Of a stretch of 33,126 nt of DNA, positions 1 to 12,103 are shown in pieces (positions within the stretch are counted from its first letter, which is position 1; each line of letters begins with the position of its first letter). The notes under the pieces were generated by a model. The model saw only the letters and a program-made list of their open reading frames with translations. It ran no database searches and was not told where the DNA came from. Source of the stretch: Welwitschia mirabilis (lineage: Eukaryota); the NCBI GenBank assembly GCA_051453625.1, contig JBOZIK010000001.1, forward strand, positions 14,571,654 through 14,604,779, given 5' to 3'. The position numbers were made by a program, and so were the translations under genes.

Positions 1-1408
1 GGGTTAGAGTCTCCATGTGGGTAAGAGGTAGGAATTATGGTCTGGTCTATGGGTGGCATAGGCTGGTCACCAGCTACGGGACCAGACGTGGGTATGGATG
101 CGTCATTGAGGTCAGTGATAAGGAAATTAGAGTCAAGGCCATCATTGTTAATAAGGGTAAGGAACTGAGGTGTCTTACATTTATGGGAAGTGTTGTACTT
201 CTTACTAAAATTGAAACAAAGGCTTTTAACATATTTATCTTGCATTTTATATTGAGTTTGGTGACAGACAAGTGAGTTAGAGGTAGGTTTATTAATTTGG
301 GAAAAAGGAGTTTGGGATGGTCGTGATGGCAGTACTGGGAGAGCTAGTGGTGATGAAGAAAAAGAGGGTTGTGTACTTGGGAAATACCTGTTGGTAGGCT
401 TAGAATCTACAATTTTAACCTCGATGAGTCGAGCCATGCCAATGGCTTATGAAATGATGACAGGGTGTAAAATAGCTAGCTCACATCGAATGTCCATGCA
501 CAGACCTGAGATGAAGCAATCTAAAATGGCGTCTGCTAAAAGGCCAAAAACACGGTTATTGTGCTGCTCAAATGTGTACTGATACTCGAAGACAGTGCTG
601 GTCTAATGTAACTTAAATAAGGCATCTCAATGATTCTCATACTTAGTAGGTCTCACATGGAGTTCCAAGTCACACTGAAAGGTAGTCCAGGTTGTGAACT
701 GGTTATTAGCCAACATCCACTTGTACCAACTCAAAGCAGTCCCATGCATATAGAAAACAACCATAGCAATATGCTAATCCATAAGGGTATTATAAAAATT
801 AAAGAAGTTCTCGGTGTGAAAGAACCAGTCCAATGGATTAGATCCCGTGAATGGGTTGAGGGTGGTTTTTGATTGTTTTTGTATGAATTAGAAGGATGGC
901 ATGAATATTTACTGCGGTGTGGTGGAAGAGGACACAACGTTAGGGTTGACAGCTGGGATGGAGGCGGAGGTGGGGGTAATGACCAAATGGAGAGAGGGTG
1001 GTAAAGATTTGAGGGAATGAATTTCAAAAAGGATTTTAGTGATATCGTTTTGATGACGCTATTGGGTATGGACTTATTCACCCTCATAATGAGTTTGAAA
1101 AGATCAGAATAATTCCATGAGGAGAGCAACTTAATCCTCAAGAAAGGAAGCTATGGAGGATTGTCTATTTTTCGAAGGCATAGGTTCAGGACTAAAAGAA
1201 CCAATGATATGTATTGGGAAAGAAAATAAAGTAGTTCTTCCTTTTAAGTAGGAAGAAATCATCCCTTAGTCTAATTAACTTAAAAATTCTCAATGCCTGT
1301 GTTCTGAAAGAAGTCTGATTAAATACATAATTAAATCCTATAATAGTGGATCACTAACTAATTCCACTATTTCCACTCCAATCATACTGGACTGCTACTA
1401 ACAATAAC
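1..1408 (-). mobile_element. Second copy of the Reina-like LTR 3' part, PBS and gag
   Basis: Colinear with 2640-3978, about 90% identical (6 mismatches in the first 60 nt). LTR end at 1205, gag ATG at 1181. ORF-track pairs 15..275/2633..2899 and 731..1141/3358..3774 are paralogous. Confidence 0.93.
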
Positions 1409-3764
1409 NNNNNNNNNNNNNNNNNNNNNNNNNNNNNNNNNNNNNNNNNNNNNNNNNNNNNNNNNNNNNNNNNNNNNNNNNNNNNNNNNNNNNNNNNNNN
1501 NNNNNNNNATAACAGTTCTGACCTAATGTTTTGTAGAAGAGAAAGTCTAGTATCTGATGTGGAAAAATAATCTTGGAGCTTGGATAGCCACTACAATGTT
1601 AGAGAAGAGACTGCATGAAAACTAGGTTATTCAATTCTAGAACGCGCATGTTCGGAATGTTGTCTTATGAGTATCCTTAGGACAAAAGTGGATCTGGTGA
1701 TAACCTGATCTGAGGTCAATCTTAAAGAAAATTTTAGGCCCCTGTAGTTCATCCAGTAGCTCATCAATAGTGGGAATAGGAAACTGATCCCGAATAGTAA
1801 TAGCATTTAAAGCCTTATAATCAATGCAAAAATCCCAAGTGCCATCCTTTTTTTTTGACTAAAAGTACTAGGTTTGAATAGGAACTATTAGTTGGCTTAA
1901 TGATACCATCTTTAAGCATCTCAGAAATAAGTTCAGTCATCACTTTTTTCTAGTATTGTGGATAGCAGTAAGGTTTAACATTAATGGGGCTAATGTTTGA
2001 GAGTAGGTGAATCTAGTAATCATGAGGGCGAGCTAATGATAGGTCAGTAGGTTTATCGAAGAAAGTATCAAGTAAGGCATTTAGGTAAGGGTTAGGTGTA
2101 GTAGGTATATCAAAATGTAGAGTCATGGAAGGGAAGAATGATAGACAAGATATGGCTATAGGGAATTAGAGAACCTGTTTTTACCTTTCAGGATACTTGA
2201 TTAGGTGTAGCTGGGGAAAGTGTTGGATTGCCAAAAAGGGTGAGAAGGGAATCATTGTGATAGAAGCTCATATAGGGAACTGAAAAATCAGCTAGAATGG
2301 GGTCCTAGTTGACTAAGCCATTCAATCCCTAAAAGAAGATCAGCACCTTGAATAGGAAGAAGTAGGAATAAGAGGTCAAAAGAATGGTCTTGAAAGGAAA
2401 GTGAAATAGTGGAACATTAGCCTTGGCATGTGATAGAGTCCCCATTTCCTACCATTACTGGAAATTCATTAATAGTCAGGATAGGAAGTCCTAGAAATTG
2501 AGAAATATGGGGTTGAATGATGTTATGAGTACCACCTGAATCAATAAGAACTATAAAAGGCTAGTCCTTAATGGTTCTAGTAATCCTTAGTGTACAAGGA
2601 TAGGAAAAACCAAGGTATGTAGCTAAGGATAAATGGCAAGGTTTAGAGTCTCCATGCGGGTAAGAGGTAGGAATTATGGTATGATCTATGGGTTGCGTAG
2701 GCTGATCATCAACTATAGGATCAGACGTGGGTATGGATGGGTCATTGAGGTTAGTGATAAGGAAATTAGAGTCAAGGCCATCATTGGCAATGAGGATAAG
2801 GAACTGAGGTATCTTACATTTATGGGAAGAGCTGTATTTCTTATTAAAATTAAAACAAAGGCCCTTAGCACATTTATCTTGAATTTTAGATTGAGTTAGG
2901 CAGTAGACAGGTGAGTTAGAGGTAGGTTTATTAATTTGAAAAAAAGGAGTTTCGGATGGTCATGAGGACAATACTGGGAGAGCTAGTGGTGATGAAGAAA
3001 AAGAGGGCTGTGTACTTGGGAAATACCTAATTTTCGGCTTAGAATCTGTAATTTTAGCCTTGATGAGCTGAGCCATGCCAATGGCCTACGAAATGATGAT
3101 AGGGTGCAANNNNNNNNNNGAATGTCCATGTATAGACCTGAGATGAAGTAATCCAAAATGACATTTATTGAAAGGCTAAAAACATGATTATTGTGCTGCT
3201 CAAATGTGTCCTGATACTAGGAGATTGTGCCAGTCTGATGTAACTTAAACAAGGCATCTCAATGATTCTCATACTTAGTAGGTCTAAAATGGAGTTCCAA
3301 GTCACGCTGAAAGGTAGTCCAGGTTGTGAACTGATTATTAGCCAACATCTACTTGTACTAACTTAAAGCAGTCTCATGCATATAGAAAATAGTCATAGCA
3401 ATATGTTGATCCATAGGGGTATTGTAAAAATTAAAGAAGTTCTCGGTGTGAAAGAACCAGTCCAATGGATCAAATCCTGTGAATGGGTTGAGGGTGATTT
3501 TCNNNNNNNNNNGGGTTGATAGCTGGGGTGGAGGTGGAGGTGGGGGTAATGACCAAATGAAGAGAGGGTGGTGCAGATTTGAGGGATTGGATTTTAAAAA
3601 GGATTTTGGTGATATTGTTTTGATGGCGATGTTGGGTATAAACCTATTCATCATCATAATGAATTTGAAAAGAGCGGAAGAATTCCATGAGGAGAGTAAC
3701 TTGATCCTCAAGAGAGGGAGCCGTGGAGGATTGTCTATTTTTCGGAGGCATGGGTTCAGGACTA

Positions 3765-3773
3765 AAAGCACCA
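3765..3773 (-). promoter_or_regulatory. Primer-binding site TGGTGCTTT (tRNA-Thr-like)
   Basis: The - strand reads TATCA-T-TGGTGCTTTTAG, 14 nt upstream of the gag ATG. TGGTGCTTT is complementary to the ...AAAGCA-CCA 3' end I recall for plant tRNA-Thr(AGT). The other copy reads TGGTTCTTT (1195-1203). Confidence 0.65.
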
Positions 3774-3774
3774 A

Positions 3775-4200
3775 TGATATGTATTGGGAAAGTAAATAAA
3801 GTAGTTCTTCCTTTCAAGTGGGAAGAGATCACCCCTTAGTCTAATTGACTTAAAAATTCTCAATGCCTTTATTTTGAAAGAAGTCTGATTAAATACATAA
3901 TTAAATCCTATAATAGTGGATCACTAGCTAATTCCACTATCTCCACTCCAATCATACTGGACTACCACTAATGATAACTAAATGTAAATAATTTGAATAA
4001 TTCAATAAGACTCTTTCAAATAAAAATAAAATAAATTTAGAGACAATAATCTGAAAACCGACTACACATACGGGCCATGTGTATGGATCTTCTTAATGGG
4101 CCTAAATCACTTTGGCCCAGATTAGGATGCGTGGCATGAGAGAAGCTATAGTGGGACAATCTAAATGGTTAAAGCTTATGAATCAAATCAAAATTGACTA
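3775..4200 (-). repeat. 5' LTR of the Reina-like element
   Basis: Ends ...TATCA at 3775 on the - strand, immediately before the PBS. A candidate TG start (TGTTAG) lies at about 4203. No 3' LTR is available to confirm the outer end. Confidence 0.6.
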
Positions 4201-4204
4201 ACAA

Positions 4205-4566
4205 GTCAACCTAAGAAGGCTGCAACATGACTTACATAATGGCAAATTTTGTAGCCTTCAACAATGATGTAGGCATTAATACAAGGTTGGCTACTTTTTC
4301 ATATCATTTATAATTAGACCTCAATAAATAATCCTTGTGCTTGTGAAATGCCTAAGGTCTCATCGTTGAATCAAACATAAAGGTTTTCTACTTAAGCATG
4401 TAAAAAGTTCCTTATTGGATGATGCATATCTTGTCCCTTCTAATAATTGAAAAGCTTGATTATTCCTTTAGAAAGAGCACAGAGTCTCATCCTTATTGAG
4501 ATGGGAGGTCCAAAATCAAGAAAAGATAAATAGAATCCAATATTCTGACTCTAAACAACTCCCCTT
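4205..4566 (-). mobile_element. Possible polypurine tract and 3' LTR start of an older LTR element
   Basis: The - strand reads TTCAAGGGGAG-T-TGTTTAG at 4569-4551, the usual PPT followed by TG arrangement. No recognisable pol remains upstream. Confidence 0.3.
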
Positions 4567-6498
4567 GAAACAAAGTAGATAGCAAAATGTAATGCATTTG
4601 AAATACGCAAGAAGTTCATGCAAAAACTGACATTAGAAATATAGTTCCTCTTTGATAGGTAGTGTGATAAAGGACCTAATTGATGTTTGATATCTTGGAG
4701 AATTAAGGAAAAAAAAGAATACTACCTTAGAAACTTAAAAAAGAAATGAATAATTTAGATGTAACCAAGATCCATATCTAAGAAGAGATCAAGTACACCT
4801 GCAATTAGAGCTGTTTATATTGACTGTGAAGCCTAGAGCTCATTGTAGACCAGATAACTAAAGGGTCAATGAGATTATGCATTCAAACTACTATTATCCT
4901 AAGGATCCCCTACTGCGCTTATTTAGTAGAACAGACTTCTAAACTTGTAGATACAAACACTCGAACAAATAAGGGAACTGAATGCTATGTACCCAGAATT
5001 ATTTGTATCTACCTCCTGCCATGTTTTTAATTTGCTACTCTTGCAGGGATTGCTTTGTCAATCCATCTGTTGTCTATTTTATAGTTCTTTCCCTTATGAA
5101 TGCAAGTTTTTCAAAAAGAGAGATCTTAAGCATTGATCTCTCAACCTCACCATCTGATAGTTACTTAGACCAAGACCTGGGTTTAGCGTTTATGTAAGAG
5201 TTTGTCCTGCATCATCTTCTCTACAACAATGAAATCATCATTTCATTCGAAAAAAAAAAGATCCATATCTTGATTATTCTTATAGAAGAATGAGTGGTTA
5301 GGGATAACTGATGATTAGAGACTGACTAAGACAAATAATCAATTGAATGGTTTCAAAGCATGGGTGGAGTAGATTCTCTAGCAAAACCATTTAAAGAAAA
5401 TTTAACAATACATCAAGCACCTCCTTGCGAAGCACAACAGAGGATTATCACTAAAAATATTCTAAGGATACTACATCAACATCACATCTCTAAATCTAAC
5501 ACACATAATAATTATATTTCAAATAAATGTCATCAAAGATTAAAGTCCAAGCATGTTGCCTTAGAGTAAGCCTAAGAATGTTACAAGAACAGTGTGTATG
5601 ATGACAAGAAACAAATGCTCAAATTGTAAAAGTCAAATAGGTAATATTCATACAACAATATTATTGTATGTGCATCTGAAGATGCTCATAGATATCTGAG
5701 TTCTAGGTTCCACGATTAAATTAAAAGTACTTTAGTCTCTTCAGAAGCCTTCTAGACCTTCATGCATAGGTTAAGAATGTGTTTTCTCAGAAGGTAATTT
5801 TGTAAGATTTTCTTTGTCTAATATTTTAGAGTTTGAACCCTGCCAAATAGATAGAGAAGTTTATAAGATAAAAGCATTATGTTCAAATTGGCTGAAATAA
5901 AAAATATAATGCAAAGGAAATAAAACAAAGGGAGTTCTGAAATTTAGTTTAACTCAATATTTTTAGTAAATCTGATAAAGAGAGAAATTAGTGAATTGAT
6001 ACATTAGTAGTGTGGACTATGCACACATAGGGACTCTGTTGTGTAATTTGAATGTAAAGCATTAAATAAAGTTCACTATGAAAATAGCTAATAATGTAAA
6101 AAAAGAACTCAAGTAATTAATAATGTTCTTGATTAAAATCAAAACTTTGATTCAATAACTTTTAGATTGTATTAAATCTCATACTTTTCTCAAAATTTGT
6201 ATTACCAATGTATCCAAGAAAGTAACATTTACTTAAGAAAAAATACATATATACCTTTAACTTTATTTTTATTTATGTTGAAAACATAAAAATAGGAAAT
6301 AGACAAGTTTCACATAAGTAGGAAGTTCACATTTGAAGATAAGCATAACATGTTTTTTTAGAAAATTAAAGCCAATATTTACTTATTTGTCTGAAGATAT
6401 ATTATAAAAAGTACAACCAAGAGGCTAAAGTAAAAATAACCAAGAGGCCAAAGTAAAAATGAATGCACTTGCTTACTTGGAGTACATCAAGCACAAAA

Positions 6499-6569
<71 letters not shown>
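6499..6569. repeat. (GA)n microsatellite
   Basis: About 35 AG units with one interruption, running into a gap. Confidence 0.98.
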
Positions 6570-7487
6570 NNNNNNNNNNNNNNNNNNNNNNNNNNNNNNN
6601 NNNNNNNNNNNNNNNNNNNNNNNNNNNNNNNNNNNNNNNNNNNNNNNNNNNNNNNNNNNNNNNNNNNNNAATATTGTTATATATGCATCTGAATATCCTC
6701 ATAGATATCCTAGTTCTAAGTTCAATGATTAAATTAAAAGTACTTCAGTCTCTTCAGAAGCCTTCTAGACCTTTATGAATAGGTTAAGAATGTGTTTTCT
6801 TAAAAGGTAATTTTGTAAGATTTTCTTTGTCTAATCTTTTAGATTTTGAACCTTGCCAAATAGATGGAGAAGTTTATAAGATAAAAAGCCTTACATTCAA
6901 ATTGGCTGAAATAAAAAATATAGTACAAAGGAAATAAAACCAAGGAAGTTCTGGAATTTAGTTTAACTCAACATTTTTAGGCAATCTGATAAAGAGAGCA
7001 ATCAGTGAATGAATACATTAGTAGTATGGGCTATGCACACATAGGGACTCTGTTATGTAATTTGAATGCGAAGCATCAAATGAAGTTCACTATGAAAATA
7101 GCTAATAATGTAAAATAAGAACTTAAGTAATTAATAATGTTCTTGATTAAAATCAAAACTTTGATTTAATAACTTTTAGATTGTGTTAAATCTCATACTT
7201 TTCTCAAAATTTGTATTACCAATGTCTCCAAGAAAGTAACATTTACTCAAGCAAAAATACATATATACCTTTAACTTTATTTATATTTATGTTGTAAACA
7301 TAAAAATAGGAAATAGACAAGTTTCACATAAGTAGGAATTTCACATTTGAAGATAAGCATAATGTGTTTTTTTAGAAAATTAAAGATAACATTTACTTAT
7401 TTGTCTAAAGATATATTATAAAAAGTACAACCGAGAGGCCAAAGTAAAAATGAATGCAATTGCTTACTTGAAGTACATCAGGCACAA

Positions 7488-7511
7488 AGAGAGAGAGAGA
7501 GAGAGAGAGAG
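7488..7511. repeat. (GA)n microsatellite, second copy
   Basis: 12 AG units running into a gap. Confidence 0.97.
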
Positions 7512-8499
7512 NNNNNNNNNNNNNNNNNNNNNNNNNNNNNNNNTTTCTTTATGTTAAAATGTTTTAAAAAGAAGTAAAAGAGATTTGGATCATTTCCATA
7601 TTGATAATCCACAAGTAACTAAACAAATAATGATCAATAAATTATGTAAGATAGAGCTTAGTTTAGAGATTTAAATAATATAGGAAGCAATTTAGATGTA
7701 TGTTTGCATGATGAAAGCTAATATAAGAAAGAAGTACCTTATTAATGAGAGCATACGCAACTACTAAAATGAAGAAAACTGTCAACATTTTGTTCTTCTT
7801 TGATGACTCTTATTGAAAAATCTAATTTGAATATATAAATATAAGAGTGGATCAACTAAAAAATCTATTTCAAATATATAAATATAAAGCAGCTGTTCAT
7901 CAAATTGAAAGTAGGAAATCAACCATTACTGCATTAGAAATCAAACTATCAAGGAAAGATTGATTGGGTCATATAATTATTACAAATGGAAAAAGAAGGA
8001 ATTTTAAAAAAGAAAAAAAAGAAAAAGATGAAATTTGGAAAGTGAAACAAGAGGTACTTGTGGTTTTAATGATAAATCTTACCATAATAGAAAAACTAAC
8101 TCATGGAAGTTGCCAAAGTTGTAACTTTCATTTTTTGAGTTAAATGTAACAGTAAATATTACAATTTGTGGATAAGAATTTGTTTATCAACATTTTCTTA
8201 TTTTTATAAAATTTTAAAAATTAAGGAAATGAAGTGCCTTGTAACTTCAAAAATAAAGAGCTTTATATTTTTTACAGTTTATTGACTTTGAGTGTTTATC
8301 ATAATATTTTTGGAATGTCAAACTTGAAACTTTTATAACCATACCTTCTTTTAGAAGTACAACTTTACAATCACCCATATAAATAATTTAATTACATCTA
8401 AAGTCTTATGCTTAATTGATGCTAGCTTAAATGTAAATTATATATATATATAATATTTGGCATAGAAATATTAATTTATGCCGCTTTTTAGACAATGGT

Positions 8500-8531
8500 A
8501 TAAGTATTAACCTACGTGCACTTTGCACCTA
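8500..8531 (-). terminator. Candidate Helitron 3'-terminal hairpin
   Basis: TAcGTGCA-CTT-TGCACcTA imperfect palindrome at 8513-8531, about 860 bp downstream of the helicase on the - strand. It is followed 8 nt later by CTTA where CTRR would be expected, an imperfect match. Confidence 0.4.
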
Positions 8532-9369
8532 CATTGGAATTGACTTTAATCATAGTGAAAGTTGACTTCGCTTACAGTTAATGTTGATGTAGAGGAAGGT
8601 GTACTTAGGTTAATGCTTATACCATCATTCGAAAAAGGGTAGAAATTGATATCTCTCTGCCAAATATTAGATGTATATAAAGTATACATTTAAGCTAGTA
8701 GTCACATGTCACTAATTACAAGAAAGAACAATTAATGATTATTATTAGTAATAAATGATCTAAAAATGTGATTACTACCTTATTATATGTAATTAATTAT
8801 TATATTTCATTTAGTTAGTATTTCTAACCATATTTTATAAAATTACCTTTATTAGTTATAAGTGTCTTAATTAATAAGTCGCTTAAGGAATCATCTTAAT
8901 TAGTTATAACTGATTTAATTAGAAAGTATTTTATGGAACTACCTTAATCATTACTTGTAATCGTCTTTATTAAACATGCTAATTAAACACATAATCTTAA
9001 TTTAGAAAAAAAGTGATAGGGATCTAAGAATATGACAATACCTCTTTTCTTAATCTTTATTAAAAATGCATAAACAAGAGAACTAGACTAATGTAGGAAG
9101 GGAAGTACTCATAAAATAAATAGAGAGCTTAATTATGACTTCATTATAATGAAGGTAATAAAAAATAATATACACACTTAGCATTAATAANNNNNNNNNN
9201 NNNNNNNNNNNNNNNNNNNNNNNNNNNNNNNNNNNNNNNNNNNNNNNNNNNNNNNNNNNNNNNNNNNNNNNNNNNNNNNNNNNNNNNNNNNNNNNNNNNN
9301 NNNNNNNNNNNNNNNNNNNNNNNNNNNNNNNNNNNNNNNNNNNNNNNNNNNNNNNNNNNNNNNNATTTT

Positions 9370-11620
9370 TTGTATTTTTATTTAAAGAAGAAATGTATAA
9401 TCTTTGATGATTTAATGGACTTCACTTGAGGAAGGACCATGAAAGTCAATCCTAATATTTACTTGAGACCAATGTCTATATTTGATTTACTGAGGGTCAC
9501 CCTTGAGATTTATAAAATATTAATGATAAGTAAGTTTGAGAGGTATCTATCTTGCTTGATATCTAGAGAAAAGAATGATGGAAACTATATTTAAACGTAT
9601 GTCATTGAAAGGAACTCTAGTGTAAGTATCAAAGTTAACAATGATAAAGGTTGGAAGTTCAGGTGGATTATTTCTTAGTCNNNNNNNNNNNNNNNNNNNN
9701 NNNNNNNNNNNNNNNNNNNNNNNNNNNNNNNNNNNNNNNNNNNNNNNNNNNNNNNNNNNNNNNNNNNNNNNNNNNNNNNNTGTTGATTTAATGGACTTCA
9801 CTTGAGGAAGGGCCATGAAAGTCAATCCTAGTATTTACTTAAGACCAATATCTATATATTATTTACTGAGGGTCATCCCTTGAGAATTATGAAATATTAA
9901 TGCATAAGTAATTTGGGAGGTAGCTATCTTGCTTGATCTCTAGAGAAAAGAATGATGAAAACTATATTTAAACTTATGTCATTAAAAGGAACTCTAGTGT
10001 AGGTATCAAAGTCAACAATGACATAGGTTGGAAGTTCAGGTGGATTATTTCTTAGTCAATAAACTATTAATTTAATAATAATTATGGACCCATTTACTAA
10101 CTCAGCTTCAGGTCATACATTTATTATCAATATAACTCTAGCTCCTTGACAAAGAAGAAGCTCTGTTTCCAATTCACTATTAGCATTATCATATGTAATA
10201 GGATCTCATGTCTTGTTTGCTATACATTATGCAATGGAAATTTGCATTTGAAGTAAGCACTTTTTATTATAAGAGGAAATGANNNNNNNNNNNNNNNNNN
10301 NNNNNNNNNNNNNNNNNNNNNNNNNNNNNNNNNNNNNNNNNNNNNNNNNNNNNNNNNNNNNNNNNNNNNNNNNNNNNNNNNNCATTATGCAATGGACATT
10401 TGCATTTGAAGTAAGCACTTTTTATTATAAGAGGAAATGATATCATTCATGAAGAATAGATGAACCACATCTTGGAAATCATCCATTCCATTGGATGTTA
10501 AACAAAGTTTAGACTTTTTATTAAAAATTCATAATCATCATCTAAAGATTTGCATTGTCTTATATTTAGCAATACATTTTTAAGCCTTTGTTGATTTGGA
10601 TCATTACCCATTTATCTATAAAAAGCATCTAACACAACAACTATATGAAATGATCTCCATAGTGTCTTCATTTCCTCACTACCATTGTAAGGTGAATAAT
10701 CCTCCACTGGAGCTAACTTAGCAAGATCACCTATTAATATGATAGACTTTCACCAAAACTCTCATGANNNNNNNNNNNNNNNNNNNNNNNNNNNNNNNNN
10801 NNNNNNNNNNNNNNNNNNNNNNNNNNNNNNNNNNNNNNNNNNNNNNNNNNNNNNNNNNNNNNNNNNNAAATCATCTAATACAACAACTATATGAAATGAT
10901 CTCCATAGTGTTTTCATTTCCTCACTACCATTGTAAGGTGAATAATCCTCCACTGGAGCTAACTAAGCAAGATCACCTATTAATATGATAGACTTTCACC
11001 AAAACTCTCATGGCAATTAATTGGAAATAGTTCCTTGGGACTTTTGTCAATATTGAGTAACTTCTTTATACCTATGAAACTCATCTAATTAAAAATAATA
11101 TACTTGACATTTTGTAGATATTCTTGAAGATATATAAACTACCTTGATGGAATAGGTTTATAATTGTTAACATTAATACCCAATGCTAAATGTATCATTA
11201 TCTTTTTGATGTTGTACACAAGTGTCACTAGTGGGCATAATAATCATAATAATACCTTTGTTATTTAGAAACATCTTCTTGAATTAGTTCCTTATAGAAG
11301 AAATAATAAAAGGTTTTCTTATCCTTATTATTCCTTAGATTATCATTTGTAAAGATGAAACATTTTCTTGCTTAAATTCTTGTAGCACCAAATGAAAAAT
11401 GATTATATTAAAACATTTTCTTTATTTTAAATCAAGATTAAACAAGCCATTAATTTGATTTATTCATCTTGCACTAATAAAGTACATGGTGTCCTGTTAC
11501 TTTAAACAACTAAAGTGGCATATTTTACATAGTCTTCACCATTATAGTTATAGACCAATGGAATTACCTATCAACATCATGTAATCCAAGTATTTCATAT
11601 TCACTATTGAAAAAATTTTA
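9370..11620 (-). pseudogene. Decayed PIF1-family (SF1B) DNA helicase, Helitron2/Helentron-type RepHel C-terminal half
   Basis: Ordered motifs on the - strand: linker EYEILGLHDVDR*FHW (about 11550-11605); Walker A remnant MII*GIIRIRKPFII (about 11300-11346, cf. MIIQGTAGTGKS); YNIKKIMIHLAL; Walker B remnant KYIIFN*MSFIG (cf. YILIDEMSFIG); motif III FGEKSIILIGDLA*LAPV; motif IV LDAFYR*MGNDPNQ; VHLFFMND..SYN; LLLCQGARVILIINV*PEAELVNGS; PPELPTYVIVDFDTY; R*LP..H.SQGMTLSK.YIDIG..LGLTFMALPQVKS (motifs V and VI). No HUH Rep domain is recognisable. Confidence 0.9.
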
Positions 11621-12103
11621 GAATCCTTGGAGCTTTAGAAAAAGAGTTATTAGCAAAACAAGCACTAAAATTTAGTTGTCTGCTTAGACTTTGAGAAGAG
11701 GAGAATTAAGAGAGAAGAATAAATGAAAAATAAATAATTTTAATTTTATAAAAATGTAAATAACATATTTACAATTCAAACTACNNNNNNNNNNTAAAAT
11801 AAAAATTTATTATCAATTTCTTCATAAGAAATGTGGAGTTATGAGGAAATGTATTAGAATAAATGGGGAGAATGAAGTAAAGAAGAAATAAGAGGAATAA
11901 AACACATAATTTATTTATAATAAAGTAACCACCATGCAAAAATACATTATGCTATGATAGGTACTAAACATGTTATAAGAAGTCTAATTAACTTAAAAGA
12001 AAAGCATGATGAAAATGTAAAAATTAAGTAAATAAATCATAAAAACATAATAGAAAAGAAATCTTATTGTTTTCAAATAAAATAACAAACCTTTTCATTA
12101 GTC

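Larger units (their letters stand above)
1650..4200 (-). mobile_element. Ty3/gypsy LTR retrotransposon (chromovirus, Reina-like), decayed and 3'-truncated: 5' LTR, PBS, gag, aspartic protease, N-terminal RT
   Basis: Minus-strand translation gives gag from the ATG at 3751 (MPPKNRQSS...FTGFDPLDWFFHTENFFNFY...LELHFRPTKYENH.DALFKLHQTG...FISGL), a knuckle-like AKGLCFNFNKKYSSSHKCK, protease VLIDSGGTHN (about 2525-2550), and RT INVKPYCYP...[39 protein letters not shown]...[11 protein letters not shown]...DTHKTTFRT, where homology stops at about 1650. Many stops and frameshifts. The outer LTR boundary near 4200 is uncertain. Confidence 0.92.
5657..7511. repeat. Direct duplication of about 0.85-0.9 kb (5657-6569 vs 6670-7511) across a 100-N gap
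   Basis: Colinear throughout, over 90% identical by eye, both copies ending in (GA)n. The left copy has an extra 23-bp tandem unit AACCAAGAGGCYAAAGTAAAAAT at 6415-6460. Confidence 0.95.

Noticed and set aside
1509..1645. Possible integrase C-terminal remnant (VF..SLL) implying a clean RT-to-INT internal deletion
   Set aside because: The match is a few residues, needs a frameshift, and no polypurine tract follows. The segment is left unassigned.
15..3799. Plus-strand ORFs such as 15..275, 391..582, 2633..2899 and 3479..3799
   Set aside because: They are antisense shadows of the minus-strand gypsy gag.
6459..6732. ER-repeat and SL-repeat ORFs
   Set aside because: They are translations of the (GA)n microsatellite plus gap.
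9370..11620. Functional or host PIF1 gene
   Set aside because: Walker A and B are destroyed, stops and frameshifts are numerous, there are no introns, and the motif style is transposon-like.
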